DNA of 62,373 nucleotides, counting the filler, from Platydemus manokwari (taxonomy: Eukaryota), in assembly GCA_037951405.1 (NCBI GenBank). It is 6 parts of 6 records of this genome, joined end to end, with 100 filler letters (N's around TTAATTAATTAA, not from the genome) between each part and the next. Parts side by side here need not be neighbours in the genome. Positions count along the whole stretch, not along the records: positions 1 to 14,463 come from JBBMOY011455865.1; positions 14,564 to 23,735 come from JBBMOY011288428.1; positions 23,836 to 34,411 come from JBBMOY011122775.1; 3 more parts are not named here. One strand, written 5' to 3'. A model generated the notes under the pieces. The model had not been told where the DNA came from, searched no databases, and worked only from the letters and a program-made list of their open reading frames with translations. The translations under genes and the position numbers were made by a program. Each line of letters starts with the position of its first letter. Within the stretch, counting starts at the first letter, position 1. Below are positions 10,025 to 24,343 of the stretch, in pieces.

Positions 10025-13000
10025 CTATTTTTACTCATTTATTTTCATTGTTGCTATTTTTAGTAACTGGTTTATTTAATAAATTCCATTTTGGATTTCT
10101 TTTATATTTTTTTAGATTTTAATTATTATGATTCTATTTATGGGTGAAACAATACTTTCAATTCGGACTGAGTTATGATGTCATTTTGAAAATTTTATAC
10201 ATTAATTATGATTATTATTTATGATATTGTATACGAAATAATATAATAATTCAACTTTTGAGTAATCTCAAAGATATGATATACTGCCCAAATACTTCCT
10301 GCTGAAATTTTCTCCCCTTATTTTATTCTTTTTTCAAATTTAAATTTCCACTCAAATTTTATGTTTAAAGTTCAATTTTGTGTACCCAACAATCTAATAA
10401 TGTACTCATATGTATTATATTTGAGAAGTATAAATCAATTTATGACTATCAATTCTTCCCTCTTTGCTATGTACACCGAATTTTCAATTATCAGTCACCA
10501 AAATTCATAATGAACTATCAATATGAGAATTAAATGATTTTCCCAAATATTATTAATATTTTTCTATCATTAATGAAGTTTTTTGTGTTTGGAGAAGTAT
10601 TTCAAATTTGACCAATTTTCAAGACTGTCATTCATTCTCATTCATTTAAAATGCTATTAGAATAAATTTCGACTAGATTTCATTTTGCAATAATTTTCAA
10701 ATGAAAAATCTTTCTACTAATCCACTCGTTGACCTCATGCTACATATTGATTTTATTCGTTGTAATTATTTTCTCGTGGAGAAATATATTTTTTAATTAA
10801 GGATTATTTTTCAAGTTTTAAATTTTCCTCAAAATACTCCCATAGCAGATAGATTGGAAATCTTTTAATTGAATTATAAATTTTTATGTATTGAGTTTTT
10901 ACATTAAAAAATATTTATGAGCATAATTATTAATCGTGCGTTATTTACAGTGCCATATTGATAAAAATTTGCATATATTGAATCAATTTTTCAAAAAATC
11001 CTCTAATTCAGCGGTTTTCAACCTTTTTTCCATGACGACCCATTTCCCCATTTTTAAGATCTTGGCTACCCCAAAGAGAAAATCAATATTACTAAATATA
11101 ACTAAATATCATTTGATTTACATTTCATTGATTTACGACAAGTAATGAATTACCTGTAATAATAAGGTTCTCAGATAATAACATTAACTATAAAATATTT
11201 AACTGTAGCAGTCAAGGTAATTGTGAACAGATAAAGTTAAATCAGCATCACAAACTATTTATTTAACCGAATCATAAAGCACGATTTTTCACATTTGATG
11301 GTTTGTACACCAAACATAGTTTGGTGACCCTTTTAAAATGCTTGCCGAATAATAGTTGATGTACAAACCATTACAATTCATCCCACTGATCTAATTAATT
11401 CAACATTTCAACATTCAATTTTATGTGCTAATTTAATTAAATCAATCGAATTTTAAATATCTACATACCAAGATGTTCTTCATACATTTATTTGAATTCC
11501 TACAAAATTTCGATCCAATAAAAATACTTACATGCTCGGTATCCTATGAGCTTTTATTAAGTTCTTGCTAAAGAATACAAATTAGTTCCGATTTCGCATA
11601 CCAACTAATTAGTTATTTGAATTTTACCATAAAACTTTCAGTGCATGGTTTGGCTTGTATTAGTTTTGAGGAAAGGGCATCTCTGATGTTGTTACAACAA
11701 TGAACCTTTTTGTTATCGATTTGTTTGAATCCTATTTTGTCATCCCTTTTAATTACAAAAGTCATCTCTGAGAAATTATTTTTGCCAATACCAAGCAATA
11801 GATATTCCTTCGCAATGTTCTTAAATGCAAATCGTGTCCTAATTCCACTGCGTCCTTATATAGACAATGATGAGTCACTAGCAGAAATTATCTTCTTTTT
11901 AAATTATTTCTCCATTCTTTTTCTTGAAATCTGATTTATTTTATTTTTCTGATTTAATATTTTTGTAGCTTTTCATGTTTATCTTCTAAATTTATTTTTA
12001 TCTTTGTTTTTTTTACTTTTTAGTAGATTAAATAATTGTAGTAACTTTACAAAATTAATGCAATTCTTGATTGTGTGTCATTCAGAATAATAAAATTCCA
12101 AATCATGGACTTATAATGGCAATAATATAACAGTCCATATCGTTGGGTTTTAACTAGTTCCAGACTTCAGAAGGTTTAATTTTATTAATTATAAGCCTTG
12201 CTTGACTCCAGAAGGCAGTGCATTAAAATGACGAAAATAAGGTTAATGTAACTAAAATAAAACAATAAATAATTGATCTAAAATAAATGATTACAAATAT
12301 GAATGATCAATAAATATCAATTCATAACGACAATTGAATAATATTAAGTAACAAACAATCAAGGATATTAATTCGAATTATTGTCGGCTACTGTAGTGTA
12401 ACATGGTTACAAGTACCTTACGCGGAGAGCTGCAAGGGTCTCAAATTTAGCGATGATAGTTGAGACCTAATCGTCCGGCAATTACACAGATGATAAAAAT
12501 TTAAATATTAATTAAATAGTGGTTGGGCTTGCCCCAGGTCAGTGCTAATAGCAATGGCAATTTTATAAAATATTTAAACTTTTAACAAATTATAAAACAA
12601 TTTTTACTTTGCTCGCGTTGTGGGAACTTCAAGGTCCTTCGATTTTGATTTCTTCTTTTAAGCTCCTAGTGGGAAGATTATATATTCAAATACAATTCCC
12701 TAGTTGATAGTTCCACATATATTGTCTTCTAAGTAGAATTCTCTGAGTGTTGCCAATTGAGCTTCAAGTGTATAAACCAATAAGTCGTGTGGAAAATGTA
12801 ATATTATTTCTAGAATCAATAGTGAGCTGATTTCTGTTGATTCAATAATTTTAGAATGATTGTTGAATCAATTAACAATGGATGTTTTTATAATTCATGC
12901 ATTTCCTTTTTTACTAATGTCTTCATCTTTCTTAACCTTTCATGTTTTTTTATCAATTCGGTTGTTTTTTATATCTTATTTTTAGAAACTCCCCTTTTAT

Positions 13001-14463
13001 TGATCTATTTATATATTCAATAATTTATCTTTTCTATTTTTAGAATTTATTAATTATATTTATATTTATTTTGTTGTTGTTATTTATGGGAGGGCCTGGA
13101 GCTTTTGGAGCAGCAATTTATGGTATAATTATTCCAATAAAATAGTTATAAATAAAAAAATATTAAATAATGTCTTGAAAATTAATAATTTGAAATTTAA
13201 AAAAAATAAAAAATATTTTAAAAACCTGATTGGCCTTAAAAAAAATTTAAATAAAATAAAATAAAAATAATGAAAAATGAGTTTTGAAAGACTCAAAAAA
13301 TCCAAAAACCATTAAACGATGGAATATAGACCGTTTACATTTTCATTTTCACTATCAGAGATGTCATTCTTCTAGTTACTAGGAACCATTAAGTAACATC
13401 ACAGTATTCATTACACACTGTTGTAACATAAATCATTTCGATAGTTGAATCATTTTAGTTATATATTCCGAAAACAAACAAATGAATTCTCCGCACAACC
13501 TAATGAAATCGGCTATATATCATGCAGGAGTAAAGTGAACATCAAATAACCATTCTCAACACTATCCAGAAATTATTCAACTTTTTGACGATATTCGATA
13601 CACCGATAATTATCAGTGCACTAACATATCTGTGAACATTTGAAATCATTGCGGAATAATTGATGAAGCAAAATGTGCATCAAATTTTCATCGAACTAGT
13701 TATTGAATTTATCAATAAATTGCTCATCTGTTTTCGATAGTTTGTTTGGTTGTTTCATCATTGTGTGTTGTTATCTTCAAGCAGTCTTCTTGTTGTTATT
13801 TGAATATGGCTGTAGTTTTTTTATTTGTTTATAGAGTTGTGTTTGAGTAGTCATGTAGAAACTCATTTATATAATCAATTAAAAATATTATTATATTATA
13901 TTAAGTCGTAACTAAAAAATTAAGAGATTTTTTTAATTAAAAATTACAAGTGTTGAATGACCATGATTTGTGTCTTAAAATTCTGTTGGAATAATTACGA
14001 TAACTTTAATGACATAAAAAAATCTCAAAGCCGAAATCTCAGTAAACGAATTAAATAAATCCTCCAGCCAATGCTTAGAGATTCTATAAAATTGTGTGTC
14101 ATTTTTCATAGCTATTCTAAATTGGCTCAGAGATTGTTAGAAAAGATTGAGATAATCAAGATAATATCACTTAATAATAATTAGAGAAAAGTTTTAATTC
14201 AAATTATGCCAAGCAGTAATTACATTTCGAAAATTTGTCTGAAATTGTTGATAAACAATATAAATCACATTGATAAGAGTATGACGATTTACATTTGTTA
14301 TAATTATTTAATGGTCTAAAATCAACACATGGGTTAATTTGGCTCAAGTTAAGAAAAAGGTCCTTTGACCCAATTTTAAAGTAATTACTTTTCGTGAGTT
14401 ATTTGATATTAGAATTTATTTGTAATCATATTTTATTGAAATTTTTACATAAAATTCAATTTT

Positions 14464-14563
14464 NNNNNNNNNNNNNNNNNNNNNNNNNNNNNNNNNNNNN
14501 NNNNNNNTTAATTAATTAANNNNNNNNNNNNNNNNNNNNNNNNNNNNNNNNNNNNNNNNNNNN
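14464..14563. other. Assembly gap spacer (N44-TTAATTAATTAA-N44); identical spacers at 23736-23835, 34412-34511, 44483-44582 and 53327-53426
   Basis: Five identical 100-bp N blocks with a central six-frame stop linker. Confidence 0.97.
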
Positions 14564-14580
14564 TGATCCTAATAAAAAAG

Positions 14581-14628
14581 ATAATAATAATATGTATTGA
14601 TAATAATAGTAATAATAATAATAATAAT

Positions 14629-14667
<39 letters not shown>

Positions 14668-14672
14668 GATAA
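14581..14672. repeat. (AAT)n microsatellite at a contig edge
   Basis: Imperfect AAT run next to the gap. Confidence 0.9.
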
Positions 14673-17098
14673 TCGTCATGTTCCACTAGACGTATGTCAA
14701 CAGTTCGATAGAAAAAATGCAACAAAATAACAATCAATGAAGTTAGATGATAAAGATAAAAAATATTTGACATCTTTCAGCCAATAATTCAAATGCAAAG
14801 GAATTTCTAAATGAATAAGGAATGTTATTATATAATTCTTTATATGATCATTAAAATTAAATAATAAATCAATGTTATTAATCTATAATAATAATGAATA
14901 ATAATGCATAATAATAATTTTAGAACCTCAAAATATCCATTAATTAAATAAATTAAATTGCCATTTTCCCGTTGTAAACTCCTTTCTCATTTATTCTAAA
15001 ACAATTGGATAAAACCATTCTCAGCAATTCGTTGTTTTCTATAAATTATTTAAAAAAATTTCAGCTTCCATCGATGCAACTCGTAATATAGAATTACTCA
15101 TCATAATAATTAGACTCATTAATTTCCCTTCGCTTGTTTTGTTGTTTTGTTGCTGGTTTAGTTCGGCAACACTACCGAATAGCAGAATGGCATTTCATCC
15201 CTTCTAAATATGTAGAGGCAAGCAGCAACAGCAGTAACAGCATCAACTGCGGCAGAAGCAGTAGCAGCAGCTCAAATCATCTAAATTTAAAAATAAAATT
15301 TAGAAAATTGGATTAATTTCCCATCTTCGACGATCCGAAATCATCTAGAGAGATGTTCTTCTATACAACATAATTGCATTACTCGATATTCACTAAACGT
15401 TCCTTCTCGGTTCAGTACCGGCAACATATGAAGGAGAACATGTGACCAAATGAGGCCATCTGTAATTGGTTATAATTGAATTCACGCATCCATAAAAATA
15501 CTGCTCGTCTGCCCACCTTGATTTTTATGGGAATGCAATTATGTAATCAATGTACGAAAGAAATCATTATTTGCTGGCAATGCTCTCATTAGAACGTCAT
15601 TAATTACGGTCTAATCGAAGTGGTTAATTGATCGATGGCGTGTCAATGTTCAGACAATAAATTGATAATTTTTCTTACACAAGTTGCTTTTGTGAGATGT
15701 CGTTAACGATGAGAATGAACGAAAGTTAATCAAACATTAATAAATATATTCCATAACTGACTGGTTAATCCATCACCTGTCTTCCTAATCAGAATGATGC
15801 AGATTCACTGTTCCATGAGATGTTACTCGGGGTGACCGAGTAATGCGAGCAATGATGATGACGATCATCATCATTATTGTTTCGCTCCTATCGACGGAGA
15901 ACTGAAAGAACAATATTTTAACATGTTTAATCCACACTTGATCGATTTACTCGAAAATCAATCTTCTATAACTAATTCCAAAACAATTTTATAATTTTCA
16001 TGACTCTTTATTGTCAATCAATTCCTGTTTTTATTGTCAATGACAGTTTTGATCTCGATCTTGTGATGGATAATGAATCTATAACTTATTATTTAATTTG
16101 ATAAAGGGAGGGGCTAAGTTCACAATTTTCAGGACATTGTTCTTGATTAGCAGTGTCGTTGTAGGATTCCATAATGTTCAAAAAACGTATCCAAATATTC
16201 TATTATTGTGTTTTTATATAAAAAATGTTTAGCCATCATAATAGTGAATGGATCATAGGGAGGATCATGATAATTTTTTACAAGAATCGCTGGGAAGATC
16301 TGAAATCAATATTTCCGATTATATGTCCGAGATAAATGGAATGGGAAATTAAACGATAACAATTGAGAGATAATTAAACATTGAATGAGTGACCAATACG
16401 TGTTTATGTGAAATAATTGAAAAGAATCTCTTTAGAATAACTAGGCAAGAATGAGTCAATAAATGATTCAGAAGCAGTTACATAATATCTGTTTATCTCT
16501 GAAGCATAACAACAAATTCACTGACACAAATTATGTGAAAATGATTTGAAAAAATAGATGACATTAATAAAATTATCATTCCAGTAGAAAAGGCTTTTCT
16601 TTTGATAGTCCAAATGACAGAGATAAATGTAATTTTGCGGACATTTGTTTCAGATTATATAAAATAGATTTTCATGTTGCCACTTGAATTGTCAAATTAA
16701 TCATTATAAAAGGTGGAATCAAATAGTTGAATAAATAATAACAAAATTTTAATGTGAATTATTGGATAAATAACGATGCTATGGTCTATTATTGACTACC
16801 CTATACCATATAGGTTCGTCACTATTCAACCAATTCAGATCAAAATCGTTGATTCCAAATTCGTATTCGACTCCCCAATTCCTCTTTCATATTGCTATCT
16901 AGTTACTTGCAAAAATATTTTAATTTCTGAAAATTTAATTTTGATCCAATAATTCAACATAATATCTTACGCAATTATTAACTGCTGTTAGTTGAAAAAA
17001 ATACAAATTGAAAACGAATCAAAGAAAGTCAACAGGAAACGTATTTTTAATCAAACTATTCCAACAAATTAAATTTATGTGTTTTTATTTTATAATAA

Positions 17099-19756
17099 AA
17101 TAACGTGGTTATTTAAACAAACACGTTATATTTGTTTAAATAATTGATTGGCGGATTAGTTTAGTTTTTTAAATAAATAATGCCAGTCAATACAAATCAA
17201 TGCAATAACAAAGAAGAAACAGAAGAAACAGCTACTGGAAGGCTTGCCGAACAAGTACAGGAAGCCCTTAATTTCAATATTCGAAAATTTGGTAGAAGAA
17301 ATTCAAATAAGGCCATAAAGTGGATACGAGATACAGAGGAGTGGCTATTAATTAATAGTCTCAGCCTGATTAGTGCCTTTGATTTATTGCTTTCAGAAGA
17401 GGCAGGCAGTTTGTGGAAAAATTTCAAATCTGAAGATACCACAGAACAGTCAGCTAAGTAGTGGTTTGAAGATATGTTCACAATCAAAAAAATCTATAAT
17501 GGATATTGTTATCCGCTTCTATTTAAAAAACCAAACATTAAAAACGAACTGAAAAGGCAAGACACCACAAATCTATTTAAATACAAATATTTAAACAAAT
17601 AAATTTAATTTCACACAAATATGATCTTATATTAAATTAGAATTAAATTAGAATTAAAATTTTAATCATATGAAATTTAATGAATATAAAATCCAATTCA
17701 TTTGAAATATCTCACAGATATTATTGTCGAACTTGCAAATGTTCAACAATCGGAGAGCGAAAGGTTTGGCACCTTCAAGATTAAGGTTCACAGATTCGTT
17801 GAGACAGCAATGAATCCCATATTGAACCAAGATTCCGTAGTGAAAGACATCATCAGCAAGAGAACACGATCGAATGGGTTAAAAGACGCTCTTGATGTAA
17901 AGCCAGACGTGGATATCATAGAATTTATGAGTACTGCAAAGGTTTTCGAGAATCAAGAACAAAGTTTGCAACGAGATTCACAGTCATTCGATACAGTTAT
18001 GCTCAAGCTCTAATAACTGGAAGAAGCAACCTTTGGAATAACCAGTTCACAAAAGAAAGCAGTGAGTCAAGTAATTATAAACCTGTGAGCATTCTGTGCA
18101 GCACCAATTTTGAATTACTAAATCGAAAACTGTATATTTGTGCTCGATACGGATGCGAGATTTGGTACAATCAAAACCGTTCTAAGCCAAGGTACTGAAG
18201 AAGGAACAAAAGTAGTTATAGCTTACGGTCTCTTTTACTCACAAGTCACTAGAAAGAATACTGTGTTACCAGGCAGGAACTGCTGGCTATCCACGATCAT
18301 GTTATTTACTTTAGACAATGTTTGTACAGGAAGAAATTCATAAGACCTCCGATCGCAAAGCCCTTGTATTCTTGAACTCGGTACAAAAACCGATAAGCTT
18401 TAATTTTAAACCTAGATGGCGGCTCTGTCAGAATACGATTTCGATTTAAGGAATGAGAAGGAGAGAACTATAGCAAAAAGAAAAGACACGATGAATCAAA
18501 AACGGAGAAGCCTAAAACCAGATATTTAGCCCAAATACAAATAACATCGGAGAAAATGCAGGAAATTCAGGAAGCACAGCATAAAAATGCAGATATAGTG
18601 AAGACTCAGATTTCTAAACGGTGAAACAACTTTAACCAGCACGGAATTCTGGGATAAACATTTCGAGAATTAAAGATAAGCTGAAATCGTCAATATGCTG
18701 ATACTGGAGAAAGAGGAGGGTTTGGCTGTTATAATACCGAAACTTTTTGCCGCTCAATTTGTCTAAACAATTCACGAGAAACTCTGTCACTTAGGTTCAA
18801 AGATAACCTTCGCATATTTGGATGGCAGTTTTATTGGCCAGACATGTTCAATATCATCAAATAGATACTGAAAGAATGTATTATCTGTGCAAAGAGAAAG
18901 ATTGATAAATCCAGAACTAGTATCTAGTAGTCATTATCAACAGATTTAGCAAGCATCACTGCCACATTTAAGCAAGACGAAATGACAATCTTCTAAATCA
19001 CCTTGAACTCGTAGATTTATCGTTTTGGAAAGCCAAAGAGCTTTTACCTGGTATCCGGAAACAATTTGAAGGCAAATTTATGAGGAAGGCGTTTTCAAAA
19101 TTGGGAATCAAACAAGAGCTCAGTTCACCATGCAAGCATCAATCGAACGGGCTAGCAGAAAGAATCATCAGGACGGTACGGAATATGATTACAAATACCT
19201 TAAAGGGCAAGGGCACTGATAAAAGTTGGGTTGAATTGCTGCCAAGAACAGAGTTCTGCATCAACACAATACATCAATCAACAAGAAAGTTCTCGCCATT
19301 CGGGATAATCTACGAGCGGAGGATCAATATTTATTCAGATGTGAGTCACAAGAAACAAACTCGAGATGATATTGCAGCATCAGCTAGAGAAAATTCTAAA
19401 GTGACAGCCAACATAATGTCTAACCGAGACAGGGGGAGAAGAAAACATAGAATTATTCAGGTGGTAGAGAAGGTTCTAGTTCGCGTAGATCCCGATAATC
19501 GGAAGAAGAATTGATACAAATGCGAAGGCTCCTACCGAATTACCAGATTCAAGTCAAGCAGACAAATTGTGATTCAATTCCTTCATGCGTTGAAATCCAG
19601 ACGATTAGATTGGCTGAAACGATGGAGCGGGCCTCAGGGGGAGGCGAGTAACGTCGTTAAATAAACAAACACGTTATATTCGTTTAAATAATTGATTGTC
19701 GGATTAGTGTAGTTTTTTAAATAAATATTATGTCTGCGAATGTCTATGATGTATCT
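17099..19756 (+). mobile_element. Degenerate Ty3/gypsy LTR retrotransposon (copy 2): gag, RNase H and integrase relics; reverse transcriptase deleted
   Basis: LTRs ~17099-17182 (3'-truncated) and 19647-19756, the latter preceded by PPT AGGGGGAGGCG. gag relic at 17180-18013. RNase H motif FVLDTDA...VLSQ...VIAYG at ~18137. Integrase zinc-binding relic (HEKLCHLG...YWPDM...CIIC) at ~18770-18895 and core SSPCKHQSNGLAERIIRTV in 19080-19514. RH-INT order is gypsy-type. Many stops and frameshifts. Confidence 0.92.
17507..17716 (-). mobile_element. TRIM-family solo LTR inserted into the gypsy gag relic
   Basis: 210-bp TGT...ACA insert with a perfect 5-bp TSD GATAT (17502-17506 and 17717-17721), absent from the homologous position of gypsy copy 1. 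Its reverse complement (TGTGAGATATTTCAAATGAATT...TTTTCAGTTCGTTTTTAATG...AGCGGATAACA) matches the TRIM LTR. Confidence 0.85.
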
Positions 19757-20929
19757 AAGAACAATATTTTTTTATTAAAAATGGTAATTTAAATATTAAT
19801 TGATTTTGAAAATCAAATCGAAATAACGAATCGACGGAATATTGTTCGTCAAATTGTGCAATATTTAAAATTGATTATAAATTTGAATTTCATAACAGCG
19901 AACGAAGCGAGAATTTCTAAAGATTTCTTATTGAAAATCAATTCTGTCATGCTGAGGTCTTTATAAACAATGATAAGATTTGTTGTAAATAACTGACATT
20001 TGATAAATTTATTGTCGATATTTTACTTTTTTATTACTTATCAATATATCTATGATATTGATCGATCAAGCAGCCTATTTTAATCAGTCTGATAGAAACA
20101 ATTAGTTTGTTTAATCAATGATGTCACAGAATGCATCGAGATAGTTAATTATAAAGATCAAGTGACTAAATTGACAGAGATAAACAACGAATACTGGTTT
20201 TATTGGATGTTTATTAAAAAATAAACACTGGTGTAATCGGGAAATTCTTAAATAATAAGAATCTGATAAACCACGAAGCAGTTTAAAATAATTTTCATCT
20301 CAAATATTCTGATTTATTTCAGAAAAATATCTTTTCTAAGCAATAGAGTGGATTTTAATTAATCCTGCTTATCAATTAAAAAGTTGGTTATTTTTATATC
20401 TAATAAAGATATTATCTTTGCTGCTTAATTTATTACCCATATTAAGCTGAGTTGAATTATAATAGAAGTGATCTGTACACATATTTTGTAGAAATATCAA
20501 TAATATAGTTCGGAATTCTAATAATAATGCCGGATTCATATTTTCAGCTCAAATAAACGTTTGCAAGTTATTGTGAAAGAGTTTAACTTCTATCTAGAAC
20601 ATATATAGAACGTATTGGTTGAAATATGTCTTTAAAAATCTCAAAAAAGTTTTTAATTACCCTATTTAGAACTGGATTAGTTTAATGTCAAATGACGATG
20701 TATCAAGCATATACAACTCAAGATTATTCAAATATTCTGAGAACACAGAGGATCATTTTGGAGATAGGCGGTTACACATCTTCCCATGATAAATATGGAG
20801 AAATAATTATTGACGTTTAGACGTAGAGTGATAGAAAGGCTATAACAATGTGAATCATGTGACTCATGCGTCCTAAAAATATCGAGCAGTCATTTCGAGT
20901 TACGAATAATAAAAACTGTGTTTGAAGCC

Positions 20930-21084
20930 TGTGAAGATTTATAATGAATTAAAATTAAAAAAATTTAAAATCAGATTTTAATAAAAGATTAATTGGTTTT
21001 AAAAATGTAATTAAAACATAATTTGGTATCGAGACTTTTCAGTTCGTTTTCAAAGCGTGTTTTATAATATAGTAACGGCTCACA
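20930..21084 (+). mobile_element. TRIM-family solo LTR
   Basis: TGTGAAGATTTATAATGAATT...TTTTCAGTTCGTTTTCAA...TAGTAACGGCTCACA; flanks AAGCC/AAGAT match only partly. Confidence 0.8.
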
Positions 21085-23598
21085 AAGATGAAAAGCACGC
21101 CAACTGATAAATGATGAATCAATAAATAATAATAACAATTTTGATTCTTAAGTTTGAAATTTCGTGGCTACCATAATATGAGAATCACTCTTTAGAAAAA
21201 CATTTTGTTTACTGTTCGATTTTTTAACACATCTACTTGCTGATATCTCATAAATTGCTGCGCCAACAGTAGATTTTACTACATTTTTTCTCATCTGCTT
21301 TTTGACAGTCACGAAAAACTCTTATTTTTACACTAAAAATGCTGAAAAATTATTGACCGAAAAAAATAATAAAAGCCAGTTGCAATGATAATGTATAGCT
21401 ATTCAACCAACAAATTAGGCACTGATAATTTCACAGATTCGTGCAGACAAGAATCAATAATTTTTAGACCCATCAATGCTTAGATTGCATAATCTTGGTG
21501 AATCGTTTCCTTTGGGAATAAGCTGTCTCCACTGTGGCAACATAATCGTGTAGAGAGTCATATAAGAAAATGTCAAATCGTATATCTATCGATCAGAAAT
21601 TATTCCAGTTTAATTTCATTACATCATACAATCGTTAGGATGCCAATATGCTCCGATTACAATAATTAGAATGCAAGGTGGCTCTACAGTGTCGATCCAG
21701 GAATAAAATCTCAGAACTCCTAAATATGTTGATCTGTTTTTTTCGACAAATTGAAATTAATATTTTTGATAAATATTTCACTATTGATTGTTGTGGACAA
21801 GCTGACGAGTGACAAAGAACTGAGCCTATAATGTGACAGAAATGAAAAGCTTAATACTTCAACTGTTATTTCATTAAGAGGGTTCAAAAACTTTACTCAG
21901 CAAGAAATCGGTTTTACAATTTATTTTAAACATTTTTTTGAAAATTCTTCGAATAAATTTGTGCGAAAATGTATGATAAATGTTGGAAATTGATTCTCAA
22001 CAAGATACAAGTTACACTCTTGGAATAAGAATATCAGCTACACATAGCAGAATGGCAAAGCACTTTATTTAAACAAAAATCTCATTATTTATATTTGATA
22101 TTGATTGATTGATAGATAGATACTTCACAACTTATTATTTATTAAATAATTGGTGTACGATGACATTTATATAGATAATGTGCTCTATTTAAACTACAAA
22201 ATACAAAAATAAGAGCCTGTATTATATTTGAAATCGGGATGCAAATTTGAAATAAACCGGCATTTTCATCTAAAAATTCAAAATTAGAGAATAAACTCAT
22301 AGAAAAGCTTAATGACTTTGATGTGATGAGATAATATATCCAATACTGTAATGTTAGATTAATTTCTAAAAACACGTGACAATCTCAATTAACCAATGAA
22401 AATCCAGTAAAGAAGAGAATCAAAGTTCGAAAACCTGACCAGAAATAAATAATTAAAAAATCGTAGCAAATAACGAGCGAAAGAAATCTTCTGTCGAAAG
22501 ATAAATCGCCAATGCATTGTCAATATTCGATGTAGCTAAATATTTCTCAACATTAACACCAATTATTATCTAATTCGATCATTTAAGTTTCTATTTTCAC
22601 ATCTGTCAATTTAAAAAATTCACCAACAAAATCATTTGATGTCATCAATTATTTTCAAAATTAATTTTGCAGCGAGAAATAATTGTAATATATATCCTTA
22701 CAAATTATAATTGGACTCTTAGTTATTTCCTATTCCTTAAGTGCCATCTATTGTTGGTGTTGATGATGATTTGTAAACACACATCTTTTAACCGCACGAA
22801 AACTCGCAAAAATAAACTGCTTAGATCCCATTTCACATTCAATTCAATATCATTGAAATATTTATTGATATTTGTTTTATTAATATCATATTTGTTTTAT
22901 TTATATCTCATTTATTGTTTGCCATATTTGTATTTATTTTAAAAAGAATTTATTTATTGATAAATCTGTCAGATAATTGATGTGATATAGACGATAAATA
23001 AAAAAATTAGAACTAATGAATTATTTTTATTTATTTAAAAATTAAATTAATTATTGATTAATATTTTAAATTTACCAATCATTTAACAAAGCATAAATCA
23101 ATAATTTATTTATAAAAATAATTTATTTAATAATAAACAATGTAATGAAAATTAATTAATATATTTTATATTTTAAGTAATCAATAATTCATGAATATGA
23201 AAATCAATGATTAAAACAAAACGAATAAATCGATTTTATTCGATATTATCGTATTATTCGATCAGCCGAAAAATTAATGAAGAAAATCTCTTCAATTTCA
23301 TCATCAGTTGTATCGAAAACAAAAATATGAAAACAAGAATTATTGCAGTCATATGGGTTGACTGAAAATAAAAACCAATATTAAAATCCTATTTTTAATC
23401 ATGAAAAAAAACTGAAAGCATTAACCTTTCCCAGTGAGTGCTGTGTCGGGACATCATTTTTTAATATTAGCTATTTTAATGTTTCACCAAATACGATATT
23501 TCAGATTCGCTTTTCTCTTGATGAGAGCGTTTGGGGAAAAATGGAGAGAGAGAGAAAACGAGTTTTATTATTAATATGATTACTTTGCTGGATTTAGA

Positions 23599-23599
<1 letters not shown>

Positions 23600-23648
<49 letters not shown>

Positions 23649-23735
23649 GTGATAATAATAATGATAAAAGCAGTGATAATAAGAACAATAATAATAATGA
23701 TAATAATAATAATAATAATGATAATAACAATGATA
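23600..23735. repeat. Adjacent (ATT)n and imperfect (AAT)n microsatellites
   Basis: Seen directly; they explain the low-complexity ORFs 23476-23730 and 23531-23791. Confidence 0.9.
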
Positions 23736-24343
23736 NNNNNNNNNNNNNNNNNNNNNNNNNNNNNNNNNNNNNNNNNNNNTTAATTAATTAANNNNNNNNN
23801 NNNNNNNNNNNNNNNNNNNNNNNNNNNNNNNNNNNTATTGATTTCAAGCAAAATATATTTTAAAAAGTTGTAAACCGAAATTCTATTGTCGATATGTTCT
23901 AATAAAATGGAAATATTTTATCCAACGCTGACATAATATTAATAACGATTACATGAATCATGTTATCAGATAAATTGATTGAATGACAACATGCTATGAC
24001 GAACTACAATGATCAAATGACCTGTAAATTGTATTATGATGGTTACAGCATTATCAAAGTTCATTTTCTTAAACGATAACCAAAGTATTCTGTTTCATTG
24101 ACCTAATAACTATAAGATGTTCCTTAAGAAATGCGACCAATAATCAATATGAATATTACATAAGATTTCAGAAATACATCAATGATTATTCTGGATCAGG
24201 AATATTTTACAGATATCCTCTTTTCCAATGTCAATGTTAAATAATCGATGAAATTGTATCAATTAATAAACACATAATATCGATAATTTTTATATCATTT
24301 AAAATTTTAAAAACACTGTTTCTGTGCTGTTATAGAAACTTAC

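Noticed and set aside
12190-12230. Minus-strand peptide FNALPSGVKQG resembling a reverse transcriptase motif, with decayed ORF-like sequence at 11250-12850
   Set aside because: Single short motif with no flanking RT motifs in frame; cannot support a retroelement call.
14464-14563. Regularly recurring TTAATTAATTAA motif inside N runs, roughly every 10 kb
   Set aside because: Artificial scaffolding linker with six-frame stops; not biological periodicity.
21620-21645. CAGTG motif downstream of Nramp as a possible iron-responsive element
   Set aside because: It lies on the strand opposite the Nramp transcript, its flanks do not form the IRE stem, and the 3' UTR position is unknown.
23476-23791. 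ORFs with poly-Ile/Leu/Asn
   Set aside because: Translation of ATT/AAT microsatellites running into a gap.
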